NCBI GenBank assembly: GCA_964587725.1 | Contig: CAZPLO010000005.1 | Coordinates: forward strand, 1 to 64,000 | Source: an uncultured archaeon | GTDB taxonomy: Archaea; Altiarchaeota; Altiarchaeia; IMC4; SCGC-AAA252-I15 | Length of the DNA: 64,000 bases | Reading direction: 5' to 3' | Shown here: positions 9,608-19,475 of the stretch, one piece after another | How the letters are laid out: every line of letters starts with the position of its first letter | Numbering within the stretch: the first letter of the stretch is position 1 | Translations under genes and position numbers: made by a program | Notes under the pieces: generated by a model | Seen by the model: the letters and a program-made list of their open reading frames with translations, nothing else | Databases searched by the model: none | What the model was told of the DNA's origin: nothing

Positions 9608-9996
9608 AGCAGACCCCTCAGCTTCGACTCCAGCGTCTGCCTGGGCAGCGCGCCCGTGACGCGGTCGGAGAGGCGGCCGTCCTTGAAATACAGTAACGTT
9701 GGTATGCTCATCACCTTATGCTGTCCCGCCGTAGCCTGGTTTTCGTCCACATTCAGTTTAGCGAACACCGCCCTGCCGGCGTAGTCCCTCGCCAACGCTT
9801 CAACGACGGGGGCAATCATCCTGCACGGCTGGCACCAAGGCGCCCAGCAGTCCAACACCACGACGTTATGCCTTGAGAGGATGTCCGGCAGGGTCGCGTC
9901 CGTCACCGTCACCGGCTTACCGGAACCCACTTCGGCCTTCCGGTCCATCAGCTTCTTCAGCCTCTCCGCCCTCAGCCGCTCCAGCTCATCCGTCAT
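9604..9996 (-). CDS. trxA: Thioredoxin
   Basis: WAPWCQPC active site; archaeal DELERLR N-terminal extension. Confidence 0.93.
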   Translation of the reverse strand: MTDELERLRAERLKKLMDRKAEVGSGKPVTVTDATLPDILSRHNVVVLDCWAPWCQPCRMIAPVVEALARDYAGRAVFAKLNVDENQATAGQHKVMSIPTLLYFKDGRLSDRVTGALPRQTLESKLRGLL

Positions 9997-10535
9997 TTCA
10001 CGATCTCCTGGATTTTCTTGAACTCCTCGGAACCCGCTTCTTTGAGCATCTGGAACAGCAGCATCTCAACGGAGGCGAGGCGGACTCCCTCCTGTGTCAT
10101 GCGGCGCACCGCAGTTCTCCTGTCCGACTTCTTCCGCGAAGACACGGCGTCAGCCGCCAAATGCACGTTGTACCCGTCCTCCAACGCGTCCAAGGCGGTG
10201 TTGAACACGCACACGTGCGCCTCGATCCCGCAGAGTACGATGTTTTTCCTGCCCAGCTCCTTCAGTGTGTCATTGAACGAGGGTTCGCCGAAGCAGCTGA
10301 ACGCGTTCTTCACCACCGGCGTGAACCCCAACACACCCTTAATCTCGGATACTGTCCCACCCAGCCCCTTCGGGTACTGTTCTGTGACGACGACCGGGAC
10401 GTCCAATACACGACAACCCCTAATCAACCTCACAATGTTCTCGAGCATCCAGTCCCACTCGTGTACGACCGGCCTGAATCTTTCCTGCACGTCAACCACA
10501 ACCAAGACCGTGTCCCCTGGAAACATGTTACTCAT
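9993..10535 (-). CDS. Isochorismatase-family cysteine hydrolase
   Basis: VDVQE, TEQYPKGLG and GIEAHVCV motifs. Confidence 0.9.
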   Translation of the reverse strand: MSNMFPGDTVLVVVDVQERFRPVVHEWDWMLENIVRLIRGCRVLDVPVVVTEQYPKGLGGTVSEIKGVLGFTPVVKNAFSCFGEPSFNDTLKELGRKNIVLCGIEAHVCVFNTALDALEDGYNVHLAADAVSSRKKSDRRTAVRRMTQEGVRLASVEMLLFQMLKEAGSEEFKKIQEIVK

Positions 10536-11643
10536 CCTCTATCGGACATATCCTCTTAGCCCGCCCGGCGTTGGACTCCCCGTATTCGGGGGCGTCCGCC
10601 CATATCTTCGAAGCCTTCAAATTGTTCTCCAGCTCAGCCAGCAGCTTCACAGTGGACGGCAGCACCTCACCGTCCACCGGCCGGGGGTCGTTGACTCCCA
10701 GCAGCGTCTCGGTGATTACGTGATGGGTTATGGGCAGCGTCTTCAGGTTGTATCCGCCCTCCAGTTCTAGAACCAGCTTGCCGCCGCACAACTCGTCCGC
10801 CAAATCCATGAACGTCCTGGTCATGGACGCGTAGCCGTTGTCGCTGACCTGAAGCTGAGATATGAGGTCGGAGTGGTGGCTGTCCTGACCCGCCGACACC
10901 ACTATCATCTCCGGCTTGAACTTCCTCACCCTCTCCAAAACGAACCCGTCTATGAAGTGCATGAAGTCCGCGTCTCCGGTTCCGGCGGGCACTGGGAAGT
11001 TTATCGTGTATCCTTTGCCGGCGCCCTCCCCTATCTGGTTGACGAACCCGTGGCCGGGGTAGAAGCTGTGGGGGTCCTGGTGTATGCTCATGTTCAATAC
11101 GCTCGGGTCGCGGTAGAATGTGCCCATGGTGCCGTTGGGCGCGTGCGCGTCCCAGTCGAACAGAAACACCTTCCCCAGCCCGTGTTTCGCCTGCAAATAC
11201 TTTATCATTATTGCGACGCTGTCGAAGTAGCAGAACCCGGTGGCCTGGTTCTCGGAGGCGTGGTGGCCCGGCGGCCTGACGAGGGCGAAGCAGTTGTCCA
11301 AACCCCCCTTCCACACCGCCTCCCCAGCCTGCATGACTCCGCCCGCGGCCAGTAAAGCCACGCGGTAGGTGTCGGGGCAGACGTAGGTGTCGGAGTCTAT
11401 GACAGAGAACCGGCCCTTCCCGCTCTCGCTCAAGCAGCGTATGTAGTCTATGTGTGCGTGTGAATGCACCCGCGCCAGGTCCTCGGCGCCGGCCGGCCCC
11501 GGCTCCATCTGCCGCACCTGATCCAACAACCCAGTCTTTATGAAGTACTCCATGGTGGTCTCCAGCCGCTCCGGACACTCGGGGTGGTGTTCAACCTGCC
11601 GGTGCTTCAGAAAGTCGTTGTGGTAGACTATTCCCGTAGCCAT
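10528..11643 (-). CDS. Histone-deacetylase-family (Zn-dependent) deacylase
   Basis: HPECPERL, RPPGHH, GFCYF, DWDAH, SAGQD and LEGGY motifs; alternative TTG start at 11649. Confidence 0.92.
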   Translation of the reverse strand: MATGIVYHNDFLKHRQVEHHPECPERLETTMEYFIKTGLLDQVRQMEPGPAGAEDLARVHSHAHIDYIRCLSESGKGRFSVIDSDTYVCPDTYRVALLAAGGVMQAGEAVWKGGLDNCFALVRPPGHHASENQATGFCYFDSVAIMIKYLQAKHGLGKVFLFDWDAHAPNGTMGTFYRDPSVLNMSIHQDPHSFYPGHGFVNQIGEGAGKGYTINFPVPAGTGDADFMHFIDGFVLERVRKFKPEMIVVSAGQDSHHSDLISQLQVSDNGYASMTRTFMDLADELCGGKLVLELEGGYNLKTLPITHHVITETLLGVNDPRPVDGEVLPSTVKLLAELENNLKASKIWADAPEYGESNAGRAKRICPIEDE

Positions 11644-11645
11644 CT

Positions 11646-14309
11646 TCAATTCAAATCTAATATGAGGTTGTCTATCTGGGGGTCGTCGCTGGGTTCAATG
11701 GTGAAACCCAGGTTCTTGGCCAAGTGCTTCATGGGGTGGTTCTCCTTGATAACGGTGGCGTAGACTTTCTCCAGATTCTTGTCCCGCGCAATACCTATGA
11801 TATTGTTAACCAGCTTGGAGCCCAAGCCCTTGTTCTGCCAGTCGTCGGTGACGACGACGGAGAATTCGGCGCTGGATTCTCCGGGGTCGAACATGAGCCT
11901 GCTCATCCCCAGCAGCCGCCCGTCTTTTTCGGCGACAATCGCTATCTCACGGTCGTAGTCTGTGTGGCAGTATCTGATTAGCATTTCATGGGTTATCTCC
12001 CGTATGGCGTGGAAGAACCGGTAGTGCATGGTCTGCTCCGAAAACGACTCGAACAGTTCCTTCACCGTCGGCTCGTCCTCGGCGCGGATGGGCCGGAGCG
12101 TAACCTTCTCGCCGGAGGCGAGCCCGTACTCTTCGATGTATTCACGCGGATACGGGACTATGCTGAGGTGCTCGTGCCCCTTCCTCTCGCGTTTCCCGTC
12201 CAACACGATGCGGGCGTCCAAGGCTATCGCCTTGTCCGGGCACCCGAGGAGGGGGTTGATGTCGACCTCCGTTATCTCCGGATGGTTTATGAGCATCTGT
12301 GAGAAGTTTATGATTGCGCGCTCTATTTCCTTCAGGTCGGCCGGCGGACGGTCCCTGCTTCCCTTCTTCAGCAGCCGGTAGCCCTGGGTGTCCTCCATCA
12401 GCCTGCGGGCGAGTGTCTGGTTCAGCGGGGGCAGGCCGACGCTCTTGTCCTTCAGCACCTCCACCAGGGTTCCGCCGCTTCCGAACACTATCACCTGCCC
12501 GAACACCTCGTCCCGTTTGCTGCCGAGCAGGAGCTCGAACCCCCTGTCCAGCACCATCGGCATCACAACCACGCCGCTTATTTCGGCGTCGGCCTTGTAG
12601 GCTTTCGCGTTCTCCTTTATGCGGTCGAACGCCTTGCCGACTTCCTCGTCGCTGTACAGGCTGAGCATGACTCCGCCGGCGTCGGTCTTGTGGGTTATGT
12701 CCGGCGACTCGATCTTCAGCACCACCGGATAGCCCATTTCGTTGGCCGCCTTCACCGCATCCCCCCGGGTCTTGGCTAATGCGACGGCGTTGGTGTTTAT
12801 CCCATATGCGTTGAGGAACTCCTTGCTCTCCCGCTCCGACAGCACATACTGTTTTTTCTCGTAGCTTTTCCGTATTATCTCGTCCAGTATCTCCCGGTTG
12901 CAGCATCCGCCGGTGGTCAAATCCTCCGGAGTCTCATGCAGGAGTTCGAGGTTGTGGCGGTAGTCGTATCCGCTTATCAGCGGCGTAATCGCCTTCTCAG
13001 GGGTGGTGTACACCGGTATGCTGTTTTTCCTGAGCAGCTGGCGCGCCTCCTCCACAGACTTCCCGCCCATCCAGCAGGCGGTTATCGGCTTCTCCGTGCC
13101 CTTCCACACGTCCGCCACCGCTTTGGCGATGTTGGTGGGGTCTGTGCCCGCCTGAGGGGTCAGTATCACGGCTATGCTGTCCACGTCCCTGCATTTAATG
13201 CATTCGGACATTGCATGCATGTATCGGCCGGGGCCCGCGTCCCCGAGCACGTCGACGGGGTTGCTCCTGCTCCATGCCGGAGGCAGCTTCTTGTCAAGCC
13301 TTTCAATGCATTCCTGATCGAGTTCCGCTAGTTTCCCGCTCATCTCTATGATCTTGTCCGTTGCCATGACCCCTGGCCCGCCGGCGTTGGTGACGACGGC
13401 GATGTACGGGCCCTTCGGGAGGGGGCCTTTAGCCAGCTTCTCGCTGATGTCGAATAATTCGTCTATTTCCGTTACGCGGACGACGCCTGCGCGCTTGAAG
13501 GCGGCGCTGTACACGTCGTCCGAGCCGGCGATGGCTCCTGTGTGGGACACCACCGCCTTCCTCCCCTCCTCGAACCGGCCTGACTTCACTATCACAATGG
13601 GCTTCTGCCTGGCGAACCCGCTGGCGGCGCTCATGAACGTTTTCGCGTTCTTGAGGGACTCCATGTAGATTACGATGCTCTGGGTCTTGGAGTCCCTGCC
13701 GAAGTAGTCTATGAGGTCTCCGTAGTCTACGTCGAGCATCGAGCCGATGCTGACGAAGTAGCTGAACCCGATGCCGCGCTCCGACGCCCAGTCTATGATG
13801 GAGGAGCAGAGGGCGCCGCTCTGCGAAATGAACGCTATGTTCCCATCCAAAGGCATCCTGATGGCGAAGCTGGCGTTCAACCTGAACCGTGGGTTGATGA
13901 TGCCCAGGCAGTTGGGGCCTATGACGCGGATGCCGTATTTGTTCGCAGTCTTCCTGACCTGCTGCTCCAGATCCAGGCCCTCTTCGCCGGTCTCCTTGAA
14001 CCCGGCGGATATTATGACCGCTCCCCTGACGCCTGCCTCTCCGCACTCCTCCATTATGGACGGCACGGTTTTGGCAGGGGTTGCTATGACTGCTAGGTCC
14101 ACCTGCCGGGGGATGTCGCCCACTCTCTTGTAGGCGTGGACTCCCTGGACGCTGTCGTGCCGTATGTTCACGGGGTAGACGGTGCCTGCGAACCCGTGGC
14201 CTATGAGGTTGGCCATCAGCTCGTATCCTACGCTGCCTTCGTCGTTGCTCGCGCCTATGACGGCGACGGTCTGCGGCGAGAAGATCTTGTTCAATCCTTT
14301 CGTGGGCAT
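11646..14309 (-). CDS. Bifunctional acetate-CoA-ligase-like / GNAT protein acetyltransferase (Pat/Pka type)
   Basis: CoA-binding (VIGAS, GPNCLG), SHTG, ATP-grasp (HKTDAGGV, DINP) and C-terminal GNAT (WQNKGLGS) domains. Confidence 0.9.
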   Translation of the reverse strand: MPTKGLNKIFSPQTVAVIGASNDEGSVGYELMANLIGHGFAGTVYPVNIRHDSVQGVHAYKRVGDIPRQVDLAVIATPAKTVPSIMEECGEAGVRGAVIISAGFKETGEEGLDLEQQVRKTANKYGIRVIGPNCLGIINPRFRLNASFAIRMPLDGNIAFISQSGALCSSIIDWASERGIGFSYFVSIGSMLDVDYGDLIDYFGRDSKTQSIVIYMESLKNAKTFMSAASGFARQKPIVIVKSGRFEEGRKAVVSHTGAIAGSDDVYSAAFKRAGVVRVTEIDELFDISEKLAKGPLPKGPYIAVVTNAGGPGVMATDKIIEMSGKLAELDQECIERLDKKLPPAWSRSNPVDVLGDAGPGRYMHAMSECIKCRDVDSIAVILTPQAGTDPTNIAKAVADVWKGTEKPITACWMGGKSVEEARQLLRKNSIPVYTTPEKAITPLISGYDYRHNLELLHETPEDLTTGGCCNREILDEIIRKSYEKKQYVLSERESKEFLNAYGINTNAVALAKTRGDAVKAANEMGYPVVLKIESPDITHKTDAGGVMLSLYSDEEVGKAFDRIKENAKAYKADAEISGVVVMPMVLDRGFELLLGSKRDEVFGQVIVFGSGGTLVEVLKDKSVGLPPLNQTLARRLMEDTQGYRLLKKGSRDRPPADLKEIERAIINFSQMLINHPEITEVDINPLLGCPDKAIALDARIVLDGKRERKGHEHLSIVPYPREYIEEYGLASGEKVTLRPIRAEDEPTVKELFESFSEQTMHYRFFHAIREITHEMLIRYCHTDYDREIAIVAEKDGRLLGMSRLMFDPGESSAEFSVVVTDDWQNKGLGSKLVNNIIGIARDKNLEKVYATVIKENHPMKHLAKNLGFTIEPSDDPQIDNLILDLN

Positions 14310-14410
14310 CTTGGCCTTAATTAAATGAAGGGGGAGGCTAAAAATGCATCCAAGGGTTTGTCTGCATTTGACGTGTTTTTTAAGCGAGGATATGTAATCT
14401 AATCAGCACC

Positions 14411-14719
14411 ATGATAGAGTTGAGGAGGCTTGTTTTGGACGTGCTGAAGCCGCACGACCCCGACATTACGGTGTTGGCTAAGAGCATAGCCCAGGTTGAC
14501 GGCGTGGAGGGCGTCAACATATCCGTGTACGAGATAGACCAGAGGGTGGAGAACGTGAAGGTGACTGTGGAGGGGAAGTTCCCGGACACCGAATCCCTTA
14601 AGAAGGTGATAATCGACAACGGAGGCACCATCCACAGCATAGACGAGGTTGTGGCTGGGAGGATGGTCGTCGTAGAGGAAGCTACCCTCCACGACCGGCT
14701 TCAGGAGCATGAGAGGTAG
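14411..14719 (+). CDS. DUF211 family protein
   Basis: RRLVLDVLKPH...IHSIDEV signature. Confidence 0.88.
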   Translation: MIELRRLVLDVLKPHDPDITVLAKSIAQVDGVEGVNISVYEIDQRVENVKVTVEGKFPDTESLKKVIIDNGGTIHSIDEVVAGRMVVVEEATLHDRLQEHER

Positions 14720-14725
14720 TTTTCT

Positions 14726-14983
14726 ATGGACGAGCTTAGGGAGAGGCTCGAGAAGTACCTTGGGAAGGCTGAGCCGGCGTTCTCCGCCATCAGGGTTACC
14801 GGAGGAGGAGGCGGTAAGGTTCGTGACACCGCCCTACGATACTACAGGGACGCACTGCACTTCCATGAAAGGGGGGAGTACGTTAACGCGTTTGCCGCTT
14901 TGGAGTACGCGGAGGGCTGGCTGGACGCGGGGGTTGTGTTGGGTGTGGTCGGTGTGGAAGGGAAAAAACCGGAAGACTTTTAA
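14726..14983 (+). CDS. DUF357 family protein
   Basis: Y..DA.HF...G..VNAFAALEYAEGWLDAG signature. Confidence 0.85.
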   Translation: MDELRERLEKYLGKAEPAFSAIRVTGGGGGKVRDTALRYYRDALHFHERGEYVNAFAALEYAEGWLDAGVVLGVVGVEGKKPEDF

Positions 14984-15049
14984 AACAATGTATTTTATTG
15001 TTCATCCCAACCGAAACATTTTTATATGAGTTTATCACATAAGGTAATA

Positions 15050-15320
15050 CAAGTGCGGGGTTATCAAGTAACCCGTCAAAAAAGACATCCCATAAGACAG
15101 CCACGATAGGAGGTTGCTTGTCCGACTTCGGTCGGAAGCTCTCAGGAGTGATGTGATGTCCAAACCATCAAGCTTACGCAAGATGGTGTGTTTGACAGGT
15201 GCCTTCTCCGGAAGGCGGGCGTAAAAACCCTACTTGACCCTATAGCACCTCTTTTTCTCGTGAATTCCAGAGACTCAGGCCCTTCTTTTATACTCTGACG
15301 TGAATAACTAGATACACGAG
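15050..15320 (+). ncRNA. Candidate structured noncoding RNA or long structured 5' leader of ssb
   Basis: TATA-like TTTTTATAT at ~15019; several stems including TCCGAC-TTCG-GTCGGA (15121-15136) and GCCTTC-TCCG-GAAGGC (15201-15216); T-run at 15252; no convincing ORF. Confidence 0.5.
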
Positions 15321-15329
15321 GGCTGGAGC

Positions 15330-15749
15330 ATGGCTGAAGGACCGTTCATCAAGGTAGGGGATTTGACGCCCAAGTCCAAGAGAGTTAACATCGTGTTCAA
15401 GGTGGTGAGCATGGAGGAGGTTAAGAACGTCCGCTCCAAGAAGGACCGGACCCCCCACGTGGTCACCGAAGCCTTGGTCGGCGACGACACCGGCACGGTG
15501 CTGCTGACGCTCTGGGACGAGGTGGTGGAGCAGGTCCAGGCCGGGAAGGTGTATGAGCTCACCAACGGGTATGTGAACATGTTCAAGGGCACCATCCGCC
15601 TTAACATCGGGAAATACGGTGAAATACGGGAGCTCGAAGACGTGGAAGTGGAAGTCGAAGCCGAAAACAACGTGTCCGAGAGGGTGTACGACGAACACCT
15701 TCGGAGCAGGCGGTATCAGGGCTTCGGCTCCGGAAGCTTCTGGCCTTAA
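15330..15749 (+). CDS. ssb: Single-OB-fold single-stranded DNA-binding protein (archaeal SSB/RPA)
   Basis: KVGDL..., VGDDTG.V.LTLW, NGYV..FKG...LNIGKYG; flexible R/G/F-rich tail. Confidence 0.85.
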   Translation: MAEGPFIKVGDLTPKSKRVNIVFKVVSMEEVKNVRSKKDRTPHVVTEALVGDDTGTVLLTLWDEVVEQVQAGKVYELTNGYVNMFKGTIRLNIGKYGEIRELEDVEVEVEAENNVSERVYDEHLRSRRYQGFGSGSFWP

Positions 15750-15778
15750 CAATAAAAAAAGGGGGGTTTTAATCTAAA

Positions 15779-18190
15779 ATGACAGACCGCAGCAAAGAGT
15801 TCATCCTATGGTTCGACCAACTTAGCATAGAAGACGTCCCGCTGGTTGGCGGGAAAAACGCCTCGCTGGGCGAGATGTACCGAAACCTCACAGACAAGGG
15901 AGTGAGCGTCCCAAATGGCTTCGCCATAACCGCCCACGCCTACCGATACCTGGTGAATGGGGCGGGAATCGAACAGAACATACGGGAGATACTCTCGGAC
16001 CTGGACACCGGCGACATGGAGAACCTCTCCGAACGCGGCCACAAGGTCAGGGATTTGATACGGAAGAGCGAGTTCCCGGCGGATTTGAGGGATGCGGTCT
16101 TCGACGCCTATAATAAGCTGTGCGAGGAATACGGGGAGCACTGCGACGTTGCGGTTCGTTCGAGCGCGACCGCGGAGGACCTGCCGGACGCGTCGTTCGC
16201 AGGCCAGCAGGAGACGTATTTGAACATCCGCGGGGAGTCGCAGCTGCTGGACGCGTGCAGGAAGTGCTTCGCCAGCCTCTTCACCAACCGCGCAATCTCT
16301 TACAGAGAGGACAAGGACTTCGACCACTTCAACGTGTACCTGAGCATCGGCGTCCAGAAGATGGTGCGGTCCGACAAGGCCTGCTCCGGCGTCATGTTTT
16401 CGATAGACACCGAGTCCGGGTTCAAGGATGTGGCGTTCATAACCGGCGCCTACGGCCTCGGCGAGAACGTCGTCCAGGGGGCGGTGACGCCGGACGAATA
16501 CTACGTGTTCAAGCCCACGTTGAAGGAGGGCAAGCGGCCGATCATAAGCAAGAAGGTGGGTGCGAAGAGGATTAAGATGGTGTACGCCACCGACGGAAAC
16601 AAGCTGACGAAGAACGTGGACGTCCCGGAGAAGGACCGCCGTAGGTTCGTCATATCAGACGACGAGGTGCTGAAGCTGGCGGAGTGGGCGTGCATCATAG
16701 AAGACCACTACAGCGAGAAAGCAGGCCACTATAAGCCCATGGACATGGAGTGGGCTAAGGACGGTGAGACAGGGAAACTGTTCATCGTGCAGGCGAGGCC
16801 GGAGACGGTGCAGTCGCAGAAGAACGTGAACAAACTCCAACACTACATACTCGACGAGGAGGGCGATGTAATAATCAAGGGCGAGTCGGTCGGCGACCGC
16901 ATAGGAGCCGGCAGGGTGAACGTGATAAAGGACGTCCACGACATCGGCAAATTCAAGGAGGGGGAAGTCCTGGTTACGGACATGACGGACCCGGACTGGG
17001 AGCCGATTATGAAGATTGCCGCGGCCATAGTGACGAACCGAGGGGGGAGAACGTGCCACGCAGCCATCATCTCACGGGAGCTCGGCATACCCTGCGTGAT
17101 AGGCACCGACCACGGAACGGAGGCGATGGGCAACGGCGAGGACGTGACAGTGTCCTGCGCGGAAGGCGAGGAAGGCTACGTCTACAAGGGGCTGTTGAAG
17201 TACCACGTCGACGAGGTGAACCTGGAGAACATCCCGGACACGAAGACCATGATTATGATGAACGTCGGCACCCCGGAGAGCGCGTTCGAGATGTCCTTCA
17301 TCCCCAACGACGGCGTCGGACTGGCGCGTGAGGAGTTCATCATCAACAGCTACATCAGCATCCACCCGCGGGCGCTGATGGACTACGACAAACTCGAGGA
17401 CGCTGAGGTGAAGTCCAGGATAGACGACCTCACCTTCGGATACGAAGACAAGACGCAGTTTTTCGTGGACAAGCTGGCTATGGGGGTGGCGCACATCGCC
17501 GCCGCATTCTACCCCAAAGACGTTATCCTCCGGTTCAGCGACTTCAAGACCAACGAGTACGCCAACCTCATCGGCGGGAAACTCTATGAGCCCACTGAAC
17601 ACAACCCCATGATCGGTTGGAGGGGCGCTTCACGGTACTACGACGACAACTACCGGGCCGCGTTCGCGCTGGAGTGTCAGGCCGTGAAGAAGGTCAGGGA
17701 CGAGATGGGCCTCACCAACCTGAAGGTTATGGTTCCGTTCTGCCGTACCGTCGACGAAGGCAGGGCCGTCATCGAGGAGATGCGGAAGAACGGCCTCGTC
17801 CAGGGGGAAAACGGACTGGAAGTCTACGTGATGTGCGAGATACCGTCGAACGTGGTGTTGGCTGAGCAGTTCGCGGAAGTGTTTGACGGGTTCAGCATCG
17901 GCAGCAACGACTTGACGCAGCTGACCCTCGGCTTGGACCGGGACTCTGATATCGTGGCGCATTTGTTCGACGAACGGAACGACGCGGTGAAGTGGATGGT
18001 GTCCCACGTAATCAAGGTCGCGAACGAGAAAGGGCGTAAGATAGGGATATGCGGTCAGGCGCCGTCCGACTACCCGGAGTTCGCGGAGTTCCTGGTGGAA
18101 TGCGGCATCAACAGCATCAGCCTGAACCCCGACACCGTGCTGAAGACGCGGATGAAGATTGCGGAGAAGGAGAAGCAGCTCGGCATATAA
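15779..18190 (+). CDS. ppsA: Phosphoenolpyruvate synthase
   Basis: GGKNASLGEM, VRSSATAED, GGRTCHAAI phospho-His and SIGSNDLTQ motifs. Confidence 0.97.
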   Translation: MTDRSKEFILWFDQLSIEDVPLVGGKNASLGEMYRNLTDKGVSVPNGFAITAHAYRYLVNGAGIEQNIREILSDLDTGDMENLSERGHKVRDLIRKSEFPADLRDAVFDAYNKLCEEYGEHCDVAVRSSATAEDLPDASFAGQQETYLNIRGESQLLDACRKCFASLFTNRAISYREDKDFDHFNVYLSIGVQKMVRSDKACSGVMFSIDTESGFKDVAFITGAYGLGENVVQGAVTPDEYYVFKPTLKEGKRPIISKKVGAKRIKMVYATDGNKLTKNVDVPEKDRRRFVISDDEVLKLAEWACIIEDHYSEKAGHYKPMDMEWAKDGETGKLFIVQARPETVQSQKNVNKLQHYILDEEGDVIIKGESVGDRIGAGRVNVIKDVHDIGKFKEGEVLVTDMTDPDWEPIMKIAAAIVTNRGGRTCHAAIISRELGIPCVIGTDHGTEAMGNGEDVTVSCAEGEEGYVYKGLLKYHVDEVNLENIPDTKTMIMMNVGTPESAFEMSFIPNDGVGLAREEFIINSYISIHPRALMDYDKLEDAEVKSRIDDLTFGYEDKTQFFVDKLAMGVAHIAAAFYPKDVILRFSDFKTNEYANLIGGKLYEPTEHNPMIGWRGASRYYDDNYRAAFALECQAVKKVRDEMGLTNLKVMVPFCRTVDEGRAVIEEMRKNGLVQGENGLEVYVMCEIPSNVVLAEQFAEVFDGFSIGSNDLTQLTLGLDRDSDIVAHLFDERNDAVKWMVSHVIKVANEKGRKIGICGQAPSDYPEFAEFLVECGINSISLNPDTVLKTRMKIAEKEKQLGI

Positions 18191-18213
18191 GGGACGGGCT
18201 CCCTGTATAATAC

Positions 18214-18876
18214 ATGGGTGCGGTCGCGGACAAGACACGTCCAATGCAGCCTGATGTCGACGTCATGGAGTCCGACAGCGACCGCTACATCCGTCTGATA
18301 GACTTTATGGAGAGCAGGGAGCCCCGGACCTGCCAGGTCTCCGGGGGCGCCTGCTACAAGGCCCTGCCGTTCACCGCCGTGAACCTCTTATTGATGGAGT
18401 TGGAGGATGTCTTGGGCGGTTTAGGGGGTAAGCGTCTGCTGGATTTCGGCGCAGGAGACCTCCGCGTATCATTGGCTGCAGCCAACTTCTACGGAATGAA
18501 TGCTACTGCGGTGGAGCAAGACCATAGGTTGAGCGAGCACGGCCGCAGGACACTGTCCGCCGTCGGGGAGATGGGGTTCGACGGCGTGTCTTTCATGGGC
18601 GACACCGACGGTTTGAACATTCCGTGGAAGGACTGCGACGCTGCCGTGTTCTACTACACGCAACCGCTTTATGAGGCGGATGCCGCAGCCTTCAGAAGGC
18701 GTCTGCAGGACAAGGTGGGTGAGATGAAGAAGGGGTCTGTGTTCGCGGCGGTGTTCACCGAGAAACAGCTTGAAAAAGGCTGGGACGAGTTCCCAGACAT
18801 GAAGCCCTTGGACAAATCCCCCACGCAGCTGCAGGGCGGCGACGGACTCTACCTGAAACTGTACAGGCACCGTTAA
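18214..18876 (+). CDS. Class I SAM-dependent methyltransferase-like protein
   Basis: LLDFGAGD motif I; acidic residue (AVEQD) after the second strand; start uncertain. Confidence 0.7.
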   Translation: MGAVADKTRPMQPDVDVMESDSDRYIRLIDFMESREPRTCQVSGGACYKALPFTAVNLLLMELEDVLGGLGGKRLLDFGAGDLRVSLAAANFYGMNATAVEQDHRLSEHGRRTLSAVGEMGFDGVSFMGDTDGLNIPWKDCDAAVFYYTQPLYEADAAAFRRRLQDKVGEMKKGSVFAAVFTEKQLEKGWDEFPDMKPLDKSPTQLQGGDGLYLKLYRHR

Positions 18877-19475
18877 CTTGATTCCTGCTTCGCCTTCAGC
18901 AGACGGTTGAACGCTTCCCCGGGGTCCAAGCTTATCAGGTGTTTCACGGACTCTTTCACATACCGTGTGTCACTGTTGTATTCGTCGACTTCCCGGACCG
19001 GCCGTATTCTGAGCCAGGTGTCGCGGGTCTCCTGCACCAGATCGAGGAGCCTCTTCTCCCGCTTTTTTATGTCCTCGTATTTGTCGAGGAACCCCTGCTT
19101 GAACGCCAACAGAACCTGGGGGCGGGTGTCCTTTTTCCTGAACGCGGGTATGTATTTCAGGTTGCTGAGTTCGCAGGCGGCTATTTCTTGAGTGTATGCG
19201 TCGCCTTCCGACATTACGTTGGCGGGGTCCTCCGGCATCTCCAGGAAGCTCTCCTTGTCTATTCTCGTCAGTATCTTGTCGACGGGGTTGAAGACGTAGT
19301 TGGTCTGGTATCCGTCCCGTGCGCCGAACACGAAGCTGAATGCGGCGTGCATCCCCAGCTGATACGCTATGGTCACCCGGTTGTCCTCTATGATTTCAGG
19401 ACGCCTGTAGGTGAGCTCGTTCAACGTGGCTCCGGGGACGCGGTCCATGACCGCGTAGGCTCTGTCGAACATCAC
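18873..19475 (-). CDS. Hypothetical protein, PI3K/PI4K-like kinase C-lobe
   Basis: FVFGARDGYQTNY...LTRID resembles the GxxDRHxxN...HID catalytic motifs. Confidence 0.55.
   Translation of the reverse strand: MMFDRAYAVMDRVPGATLNELTYRRPEIIEDNRVTIAYQLGMHAAFSFVFGARDGYQTNYVFNPVDKILTRIDKESFLEMPEDPANVMSEGDAYTQEIAACELSNLKYIPAFRKKDTRPQVLLAFKQGFLDKYEDIKKREKRLLDLVQETRDTWLRIRPVREVDEYNSDTRYVKESVKHLISLDPGEAFNRLLKAKQESS

Noticed and set aside
15190-15225. CAGG...CCGGAAGG resembling SRP RNA helix 8
   Set aside because: Spacing is wrong and the AGCA internal-loop strand, Alu domain and helix 6 are missing; RNase P P4 motifs are also absent
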